From a virus, in the IMG/VR virus record IMGVR_UViG_3300031857_000055, positions 42,542-106,541 of that record: 64,000 nt of DNA. The stretch is one strand, 5' to 3'. Made by a program: the position numbers and the translations under genes. Numbering within the stretch: the first letter of the stretch is position 1; every line of letters starts with the position of its first letter. The notes below the pieces were generated by a model, which was not told where the DNA came from, ran no database searches, and saw only the letters and a list, made by a program, of their open reading frames with translations. Shown one piece after another: positions 57,088 to 64,000 of the stretch.

Positions 57088-57545
57088 TGACTTGGTATGG
57101 CAAAATCACTCAGGATTTGAGTCACATTCCTGACTTCATTACTCATTACGAGAATGAATTGATTTCCGCAAAGAATGACGTTAAGGTGTACGGCAATGTT
57201 GAAAAGAACATTGCCGCACTACCCGGTGTCACGGAGTATCGCTTTAATCAACTACAAGAGATTGAAGCGGTACTCAATTTCCTCAATATTCAATTGAGAA
57301 AACTCAAAAGAAAATATTTCAAGAAGTACCTAGAAAACTATAACAGACAACTTACTCCTCGTGATGCTGAAAAGTATGCAGAGGGTGAAGATGATGTTAT
57401 TGATTTTGAAGTACTAATCAACGAAGTTGCTCTACTACGTAACAAATGGTTGGGTATACTTAAAGGAATTGACGCAAAGCAATGGCAGCTTGGTCATATT
57501 GTGCGTCTAAGAACAGCCGGCATGGAAGACGTTACTATTGGGTAA
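57087..57545 (+). CDS. uvsY: Recombination mediator, UvsY-like
   Basis: Helical 152 aa, DAEKY..GE, K.WQLG.IV.LR.AG, next to uvsX. Confidence 0.7.
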   Translation: MTWYGKITQDLSHIPDFITHYENELISAKNDVKVYGNVEKNIAALPGVTEYRFNQLQEIEAVLNFLNIQLRKLKRKYFKKYLENYNRQLTPRDAEKYAEGEDDVIDFEVLINEVALLRNKWLGILKGIDAKQWQLGHIVRLRTAGMEDVTIG

Positions 57546-57602
57546 CCTGTCTATTGCTATTTTTTAACAATTCGTATAGTGTGAAATAGTAAGGAGAACA
57601 CT

Positions 57603-58319
57603 ATGAGAAATATGACAGCAATTGCGTGGGAAGATTTAGTTGATAATTCGGAACCCAAAGATATCGAAGTATGTTATAATTTTACGACAGACCCTTTGCT
57701 AATCAGTTGCACTCTTTATCGTTTGATAAAGGAGTCACGAGAAAGCGATTCCATATCATATCTTAATTGGTCTCTAAACGAACACGCTAATCAGATTGTA
57801 AATAAAATTACCGATCAGGATCGTGTATTTGCGGAATCAGTCAAGTCATATTACATGTCTAAGCTGCTTATGGCTAAGTTGCGCGGCGATGACTTCACTA
57901 AGTTTAAAACTGATTTGATGCAGTATCTACACAATTCTCCTAATACTCTCACTTCACGTTTTGTTGGTATGGTCTACAAGCTGCCTTACTTCTACGAATA
58001 TGATATGCAGTTGATTGAAATATTTGGCGGAGAACATAAAGACCTCGGTCCTGCTAGACAGCGTGATAGAGAAGACATTACGTTGACCTTTATCGCTAAA
58101 GCTGATAATGGGCAGAAGCGTTCTCGTCATTATGAATACTGGTTCAAGGATGACTCCGACACTCGCATTCTACTTGAAGTAGAAAAGCATAACCCTGTCA
58201 GAAATCTTTGGGAACATAGTATTCAGTCTGGCAAGTTGAATGTCAGTACTTTTCTTGAAAAGAAGCGCAGAGACAATCTAGAATTTTACGTTGCTAAGGC
58301 GTGGACAATCAATATCTGA
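57603..58319 (+). CDS. Hypothetical protein
   Basis: TAAGGAG SD. Confidence 0.7.
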   Translation: MRNMTAIAWEDLVDNSEPKDIEVCYNFTTDPLLISCTLYRLIKESRESDSISYLNWSLNEHANQIVNKITDQDRVFAESVKSYYMSKLLMAKLRGDDFTKFKTDLMQYLHNSPNTLTSRFVGMVYKLPYFYEYDMQLIEIFGGEHKDLGPARQRDREDITLTFIAKADNGQKRSRHYEYWFKDDSDTRILLEVEKHNPVRNLWEHSIQSGKLNVSTFLEKKRRDNLEFYVAKAWTINI

Positions 58320-58337
58320 AAATTGAGAGGAACTATA

Positions 58338-58520
58338 ATGAAGGGCGATAAACTAAAACTGCATATCGCAGAACTAAAGCATAAGCATCATCATTTAGAA
58401 TTGGAAATTAATCAGCTTGTTTACATTCACGCTGATGATTTAAAAATCCAAGAGTTAAAAAAGCGTAAACTTAAATTAAAGGAAGAGATACTTAATTATG
58501 AACAGCAATTGGGACAGTGA
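58338..58520 (+). CDS. DUF465/YdcH-like small coiled-coil protein
   Basis: H..L..EI...IQELKKRKLKLKEEI; GAGG SD. Confidence 0.7.
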   Translation: MKGDKLKLHIAELKHKHHHLELEINQLVYIHADDLKIQELKKRKLKLKEEILNYEQQLGQ

Positions 58521-58773
58521 ACAATTTAAATTGTTCGTTTCTAAGTTTTTAACAGCGTTAGGCGAAACAGCAAACAGATGGTCAGGCGGAATCTTTCTAC
58601 TGGTTAAGACCATTCTTGCTCTATTCAGTCTGATTGCAACAGTAGCGGTCGTCATTGTTTCCGCACAATGGTTCATCGCATCGTTTGGCATTGTAGTTTC
58701 AGTTTTGGTATTGGTAGTATCGTCGTTTGCACTAACTGCGATTTCATCAATTTCCAAAGATAAACCACAATAA
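58498..58773 (+). CDS. Small membrane protein
   Basis: Two hydrophobic segments; AGGA SD. Confidence 0.55.
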   Translation: MNSNWDSEQFKLFVSKFLTALGETANRWSGGIFLLVKTILALFSLIATVAVVIVSAQWFIASFGIVVSVLVLVVSSFALTAISSISKDKPQ

Positions 58774-58777
58774 ACGG

Positions 58778-58806
58778 TTGACATAGCTCCTACGATTTGC
58801 TATTGT
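58778..58806 (+). promoter_or_regulatory. Sigma70-type promoter
   Basis: TTGACA-17-TATTGT. Confidence 0.7.
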
Positions 58807-58833
58807 TAATTATAGACAGAGAAAGGAGCATGT

Positions 58834-59280
58834 ATGAAAAAAGGTGAACTACTCGGCAAAGTCCTAGTTCTCGCTACGAATGCTCACGCAGGTCAGTTTG
58901 ACAGGGGCGGTAACCCCTACATTCTGCATCCGCTTAAGGTCATGCATTATCTCAAGACCGACGATGAAGAACTACAGTGTATGGCGCTGCTTCACGATGT
59001 TGTTGAAGATACCAAAACTACTTGGAAAGACCTTGAAGCAATCGGTTGCACTGAACGTGTGATCAATGGTGTTAAGGCGCTTACTAAGCAGCCCGGTCAG
59101 ACCTACGATGAATACAAGGAAGTAGTCTTTGCCAACGAGGACGCAATGCGTGTTAAGCTTTGTGATCTTCGTCACAATACAGATATCCGTCGTCTCAAAG
59201 GCGTCACACAGAAGGACATTGAACGTATGGCAAAGTACAATCAGTTCTTTCTTGAAATTCAGGCTCGCTTGAACGGATAA
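58834..59280 (+). CDS. HD-domain hydrolase, small alarmone hydrolase (SpoT/Mesh1-like)
   Basis: AHAGQ..G.PYILHP, LLHDVVEDT, VKLCD..HN. Confidence 0.85.
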   Translation: MKKGELLGKVLVLATNAHAGQFDRGGNPYILHPLKVMHYLKTDDEELQCMALLHDVVEDTKTTWKDLEAIGCTERVINGVKALTKQPGQTYDEYKEVVFANEDAMRVKLCDLRHNTDIRRLKGVTQKDIERMAKYNQFFLEIQARLNG

Positions 59281-59286
59281 AAAATT

Positions 59287-59336
59287 GCACCCGAGGTCAT
59301 TTTTTGGTTGACTTCGGGTGCCCATTTTGCTATAAC
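59287..59336 (+). promoter_or_regulatory. Sigma70-type promoter whose -35 box lies in a hairpin arm
   Basis: TTGACT 59308-17-TATAAC 59331; GCACCCGAGGTCA..TGACTTCGGGTGC. Confidence 0.65.
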
Positions 59337-59367
59337 TAATATATAACGTCAACACAGAGGAATTCAT

Positions 59368-60372
59368 ATGTCTCGCATTCTCATTAAGAACGGTGAATAT
59401 CGCAACAACCCGGTCATCGACAGCCAGTTTACTCTTGTCAAGGGTTTTCAGACTGGTAAGAAGGGTACTTTCGTGACTGTCAAGAATGACGGTGCGTTTC
59501 CTGTAAACATTGACGAAGTTCGCATCAAGATTGCTGATACAAGTGATGTTGAATTTCTTGATGGTGATGCTACTCCGACTGATACGGTTACTGAAACTGA
59601 TGAAGAAGCGATGGATCGTATTGCTTCTCGTTTTCAGATCCTTGACGAAATGAGCGCCGCTTGTATCAACAGCGACATTCGTGCGATGATTGTTTCGGGT
59701 CCTCCGGGCGTTGGTAAGTCGTTTGGTGTTGAACAGCAGCTTGAGAAGGCTTCGATGTTTGACAAGATTGCAGGCAAGAAGCTTCGTTACGAAGTTGTCA
59801 AGGGTGCTATGACTGCACTAGGTCTGTATGCCCAGCTGTATCGCTACAGCGACAAGAAGAACGTCCTCGTGTTTGACGATTGCGATAGCGTGTTCGGTGA
59901 CGAACTTGCTCTGAACATTCTCAAGGCTGCTCTCGACAGTGGTAAGCGTCGGCGCATTTGCTGGAACTCGGACTCACGCCTTCTGCGTGACGAGGGTATT
60001 CCTAACTCGTTCAACTTCAATGGTTCTGCTATTTTTATCACGAACCTCAAGTTTGAAAACGTTCGCAGCAAGAAGTTGCAGGATCACCTTGAAGCCCTTG
60101 AAAGTCGTTGTCACTTCATTGACTTGACGATTGACACCCAGCGTGACAAGATGCTTCGCATTCGTCAGGTTGACCGTGATGCCGAAGGTGGCTTGTTCGC
60201 TGACTACAATTTTCAGAATGGTGAAGGTGCCGAAGTGCTTGACTTTATGCAGACCAATCAGAAGAAGCTGCGTGAAATGTCAATTCGTATGGCTCTCAAG
60301 CTTGCCGATCTTATCAAGATTTCCCCGCGCAACTGGAAGGCACTTGCTGAAAGCACTTGCATGAAGCGGTGA
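59368..60372 (+). CDS. AAA+ ATPase
   Basis: GPPGVGKS, VLVFDDCD, IFITN, LESR. Confidence 0.85.
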   Translation: MSRILIKNGEYRNNPVIDSQFTLVKGFQTGKKGTFVTVKNDGAFPVNIDEVRIKIADTSDVEFLDGDATPTDTVTETDEEAMDRIASRFQILDEMSAACINSDIRAMIVSGPPGVGKSFGVEQQLEKASMFDKIAGKKLRYEVVKGAMTALGLYAQLYRYSDKKNVLVFDDCDSVFGDELALNILKAALDSGKRRRICWNSDSRLLRDEGIPNSFNFNGSAIFITNLKFENVRSKKLQDHLEALESRCHFIDLTIDTQRDKMLRIRQVDRDAEGGLFADYNFQNGEGAEVLDFMQTNQKKLREMSIRMALKLADLIKISPRNWKALAESTCMKR

Positions 60373-60500
60373 TAAAGAAACTAACTCGCATCCCGCTTGA
60401 TACTAACAACCGCATGCTTCGTATTGGATTTGGGAAGCATGACGGTCGTTGGTTCGCTAGAGTTGATCTATGGTTCTTTGGTGTAAGGATTTCACAATGA
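60369..60500 (+). CDS. 43-aa hypothetical protein (not in ORF track)
   Basis: GTGA and ATGA overlaps at both ends. Confidence 0.5.
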   Translation: MIKKLTRIPLDTNNRMLRIGFGKHDGRWFARVDLWFFGVRISQ

Positions 60501-60697
60501 AAAGCGTTAAGATTTTGCTCATAGTTTATGCAATCATTGGGTTGGGGCTGGGCGCTACTATGTCATACTTTATCCCAGCCATGAATATTTTTGGCGTACT
60601 TTATTACGCATTGTTTTGGCCAATGTTTATTCTGCAAGGTACATTTGGTATTCCCATTAATTGGCCAATTCCAGAATGGGCTTTCAGTTTTTCATAA
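60497..60697 (+). CDS. Small membrane protein
   Basis: TAAGGA SD; hydrophobic. Confidence 0.6.
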   Translation: MKSVKILLIVYAIIGLGLGATMSYFIPAMNIFGVLYYALFWPMFILQGTFGIPINWPIPEWAFSFS

Positions 60698-60720
60698 TAA
60701 CAGTTTCTTTCAACAAACTT

Positions 60721-60748
60721 GACAGGGGCTTCGGTCCCTGTCTTTTTT
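60721..60748 (+). terminator. Intrinsic terminator with cUUCGg tetraloop
   Basis: GACAGGGGC-TTCG-GTCCCTGTC-TTTTTT. Confidence 0.9.
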
Positions 60749-60791
60749 CCAGAATACTTGTAAAAATATACAACGGTGATATAGTAAGAAT

Positions 60792-61790
60792 ATGAACAAC
60801 AAGGAACAACTACTTTATTTCTTCCTTAATGGTAAGGTAAGCTTGAGTCAGTATGACTACAAGTTCATGGCCAACCTGCAAACTATGATCCAAAACAAGA
60901 ACAGGGTCACTAGTAATCAGGCTACCTTGTTTGATAATCTTATCAGCAAGTATAAGAAGCAGCTTACTAAGAACGGATTTGACAAAGACATTTTGAAGTC
61001 TTTGCCTTGGAAGACAGAGATAGTTGAGAGTACGCCGGAATACACTGGAGCAATGGTTTCGTTGTATGGCGATGATCTTGTAATCAAGGTGCCCTTCAAC
61101 AAGCCGTTTATCAGTGCATTTAGGCAAGTTAAGAACAACCACTATGAATGGGATAAGGATAGCAAGGTTTATCGTGCCCCGTTCAATACAGTCGCATTGA
61201 AGATTGCAAATACTGAACTAGGGAAGTATTTCCCCACAGTTAGGTTTGATGATAATCTTAACACGTTGTTCGGTGACATTTCAGTTTATGATGCAGAGGT
61301 ATACAACCCTACTCTACATGTAATCAATGGTAGACCGATCATCATTGCTATCAATAGCGTGTTGGGGGAACTAATCCAAAACATGGAGTTGAAGATTGAT
61401 GGCATCACATTGCATAAGTTGACTATGATGGGTATCGACATTGACCCTTCAGTGTACCAATCTGACCCTAGATTGGAGTTTGCAAGCAAGCGTGTCTACG
61501 AAATGGAAATGGATCAAGTAGAGACTGCAATCTCTTGGATGAAGAATCTTGGTTGCCAGAATGTCATTGTTGGCAGAGGACTTAGAACACACATAAGTCA
61601 GGATGCTCTATATGAACTTATTGCCAAATACGGTATGCAGCCGCTTGGTCCAATGAGTTTTGGTAAGCTTCCTGATGGAGTCAATATGCTTATTCAGCAT
61701 ACATCTAACATAGATGTTCGTAGTGCCTTTACAGGTCAAATAAGTAAAACAGTCGTGCTTAAAGATAGCCGACCGATTGAGGTCAAATGA
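60792..61790 (+). CDS. Hypothetical protein coupled to uvsW
   Basis: 332-aa ORF with ATGA overlap. Confidence 0.7.
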   Translation: MNNKEQLLYFFLNGKVSLSQYDYKFMANLQTMIQNKNRVTSNQATLFDNLISKYKKQLTKNGFDKDILKSLPWKTEIVESTPEYTGAMVSLYGDDLVIKVPFNKPFISAFRQVKNNHYEWDKDSKVYRAPFNTVALKIANTELGKYFPTVRFDDNLNTLFGDISVYDAEVYNPTLHVINGRPIIIAINSVLGELIQNMELKIDGITLHKLTMMGIDIDPSVYQSDPRLEFASKRVYEMEMDQVETAISWMKNLGCQNVIVGRGLRTHISQDALYELIAKYGMQPLGPMSFGKLPDGVNMLIQHTSNIDVRSAFTGQISKTVVLKDSRPIEVK

Positions 61791-63244
61791 ACGAAGCAAA
61801 AATCATAATTAAGGATGAAGTCAATGTAAAGATTGAGGGTCTTGAACTATCAGACCGTCGTGCATTGATGAAGAAGTTTGAGTACGAGAAGCCGGGGGCA
61901 AGATATTTGCCTTCGGTTCGTTTGGGTCGTTGGAATGGCAAGATTAGCTATTTCAGTCTTGCCGGTAGCACCTACCTCAATCTACTAGAAGATATCATTA
62001 CATATCTATATGATAATAATTATGACATTGAACTGATTGACCATAGGCAGCAGCACGGTAAGTTAGAGTTTGATTTGATTCGTGAAGATAGCTTTGCTGA
62101 CACTGTATGGCCAGTAGGACATGAGCGTGAGGGTCAGCCCATCGTGCTACGAGACTATCAGGTAGAGATTGTAAACAACTTCTTAGTTAACCCTCAAAGC
62201 TTACAGGAAGTCGCTACAGGGGCGGGTAAGACACTTATGACTGCTGCTCTATCTAAGAGCGTAGAACAGTATGGCCGCAGTCTTGTAATCGTTCCTAACA
62301 AGAGCCTAGTCGTACAGACAGAAGCAGACTTTATCAATTTAGGACTTGATGTAGGGGTTTACTTCGGTGACCGTAAAGACTATGGCAAGACGCATACAAT
62401 CTGCACTTGGCAGTCATTGAACAATTTGTTTAAGAACACAGCCGATGCAGGCGAAGAAAGCCTAGACGAATTCTTCTTTGATGATATTGCCTGCGTTATT
62501 GTTGACGAAGTTCATATGGCTAAGGCTGATGTTCTTAAGACGATGCTCACTGGCGTGTTCAGCAACATTCCGATTCGTTGGGGACTAACAGGGACGATTC
62601 CCAAAGCTGAAATGGACCGCGTATCATTGCTCGTTTCGCTTGGTCCAGTTATCGGCAAGTTATCTGCAAGTGAACTACAAGACCGCGGCGTTCTTGCACA
62701 GTGTCACGTTAACATCGTCCAGCTTAAGGACAACGTAGAGTTCACTAACTATCAATCAGAGTTGAAGCATCTATTAGAAGATGAAAAGCGTCTTGATAGA
62801 ATCGCAGAGCTTATTGAAAAGGTCAATGAGACTGGCAACACTCTTGTTTTAGTTGATAGAGTCAATGCAGGCAAAGAGATTGTCAGCCGATTAGGCGGTA
62901 ACGCAGTGTTCGTTAACGGCGGCACTGGATTAACAGAAAGAAAGGCAGAGTATGATGAAGTCGCTACGAGCGATGATAAAATCATTGTGGCAACATACGG
63001 AGTCGCAGCAGTGGGCATTAATATTCCTCGCATCTTTAATTTGGTTCTTATTGAACCAGGTAAATCTTTCGTGAGAGTCATTCAAAGTATTGGTCGAGGC
63101 ATTCGTAAAGCAGAAGACAAGGACTTCGTACAGATTTGGGATATCACGAGTTCCTGCAAGTTTGCTAAGAGGCACTTGACTCAACGTAAAGCCTTCTACA
63201 AAGAAGCAAACTATCCCTTCACTTTGGAGAAATTAGATTATTAA
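61787..63244 (+). CDS. uvsW: SF2 DNA helicase, UvsW-like
   Basis: LRDYQ, ATGAGKT, VDEVH, GLTGT, QSIGRGIR. Confidence 0.92.
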   Translation: MNEAKIIIKDEVNVKIEGLELSDRRALMKKFEYEKPGARYLPSVRLGRWNGKISYFSLAGSTYLNLLEDIITYLYDNNYDIELIDHRQQHGKLEFDLIREDSFADTVWPVGHEREGQPIVLRDYQVEIVNNFLVNPQSLQEVATGAGKTLMTAALSKSVEQYGRSLVIVPNKSLVVQTEADFINLGLDVGVYFGDRKDYGKTHTICTWQSLNNLFKNTADAGEESLDEFFFDDIACVIVDEVHMAKADVLKTMLTGVFSNIPIRWGLTGTIPKAEMDRVSLLVSLGPVIGKLSASELQDRGVLAQCHVNIVQLKDNVEFTNYQSELKHLLEDEKRLDRIAELIEKVNETGNTLVLVDRVNAGKEIVSRLGGNAVFVNGGTGLTERKAEYDEVATSDDKIIVATYGVAAVGINIPRIFNLVLIEPGKSFVRVIQSIGRGIRKAEDKDFVQIWDITSSCKFAKRHLTQRKAFYKEANYPFTLEKLDY

Positions 63245-63248
63245 TATG

Positions 63249-63277
63249 TTGACAATCATAACTAACCGTGATAGTAT
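63249..63277 (+). promoter_or_regulatory. Sigma70-type promoter
   Basis: TTGACA-17-TAGTAT, ATG 6 nt later. Confidence 0.6.
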
Positions 63278-63283
63278 TATATC

Positions 63284-63784
63284 ATGCGAATTCTGACATT
63301 AGATAACGAGTTCTATAACCTAGAAACTCTCCCCGACGAAATTGATGATTTGCGCTTTGCTATCCTAGATAATAGTGTTCCAGCAAACGTAGACTATCAC
63401 TATATTCCATTGATCTTTTTGGAATCATTCAACAGCCCTGCACTTGTATTGAAAATAGCAGACAGGGTTATCAAGATGCCGATTGACTGGCAAGTATTGA
63501 TTGGTGAAAAAGAACACGGTGACCTAGAAGCATTGCCGTTGAGTAGCTTGAACGATAGGGGATTCAATGTATTTGAATTCAATCCACTAAGTTCATTCAG
63601 TCCATCGTTTTTGCCAATTGAGATTGTAGATATCTATCCGGAAGTTACTTGGTATGCCCCAAGATTAAAGAACGGTCAGTTTTTATGTGTACCTATTGAT
63701 GATGGAGAAAAGCCTAGATGCATATACTTTGTTAAAGAAGTCAGTAGAAATTGTGAAGTTATAGATTATTCTTTGGTTTATTAA
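63284..63784 (+). CDS. Hypothetical protein
   Basis: 166-aa ORF after the promoter. Confidence 0.7.
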   Translation: MRILTLDNEFYNLETLPDEIDDLRFAILDNSVPANVDYHYIPLIFLESFNSPALVLKIADRVIKMPIDWQVLIGEKEHGDLEALPLSSLNDRGFNVFEFNPLSSFSPSFLPIEIVDIYPEVTWYAPRLKNGQFLCVPIDDGEKPRCIYFVKEVSRNCEVIDYSLVY

Positions 63785-63794
63785 GGAGCATACA

Positions 63795-63932
63795 ATGACT
63801 AATATTCTTGAATCATACAAAAAGAGCGTTAAGAAGAAGGCTGAAGGCGATGTTATGGGTGTGATTCGCACTCTATTCCCTGACATTGAAGTTGAAACTT
63901 TCATTAAGAAGAAGACTAAGAAGAAGTCATAA
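63795..63932 (+). CDS. 45-aa Lys-rich protein (not in ORF track)
   Basis: TAAGGAG SD; MTNILESYKK..KKKTKKKS. Confidence 0.6.
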   Translation: MTNILESYKKSVKKKAEGDVMGVIRTLFPDIEVETFIKKKTKKKS

Positions 63933-64000
63933 TGTCCGGTAGTGGTAGCATATCGTTAGGGCAGGCAAAGTATAATAGAACAATGGCTGGCATTCCTCCT

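Noticed and set aside
1-64000. Stop-codon reassignment, introns or inteins
   Set aside because: Genes are intact and tightly coupled in the standard code; terminase, UvsX, UvsW and ThyA have normal lengths

Overview
A 64 kb segment of a large T4-like (jumbo-type) dsDNA phage genome, densely coded, with every credible gene on the + strand. The phage identity rests on a gp17-type terminase, gp32-type SSB, UvsX/UvsY/UvsW, DHFR, ThyA, spanins and recurring TAAATA late promoters. The host is probably an alphaproteobacterium, because the phage carries a circularly permuted two-piece tmRNA with an ANDN...ALAA tag. Bases 1-33360 form a tightly coupled cluster of about 27 genes for glycan or small-molecule tailoring. 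It holds 7 radical SAM enzymes (4 with an N-terminal Cys-rich twitch-like domain, 1 with a C-terminal one, 2 B12-type), 5 GT-B-like paralogs, 4 SGNH-like paralogs, a GDP-mannose epimerase-like enzyme, an NDP-sugar dehydrogenase and a carbamoyltransferase. It also holds an aminotransferase, PRMT-like methyltransferase and amidinotransferase triad, and ends in a 1996-aa repeat protein built from degenerate glycosyltransferase modules. This cluster is the best candidate for an undescribed system. Downstream are an uncalled BFD-like ferredoxin, the tmRNA, a multi-enzyme polyprotein, a MoxR/VWA pair, three putative capsid-targeted internal proteins, and packaging, recombination and early genes. All functional calls come from motif recognition by eye; no database searches were run.
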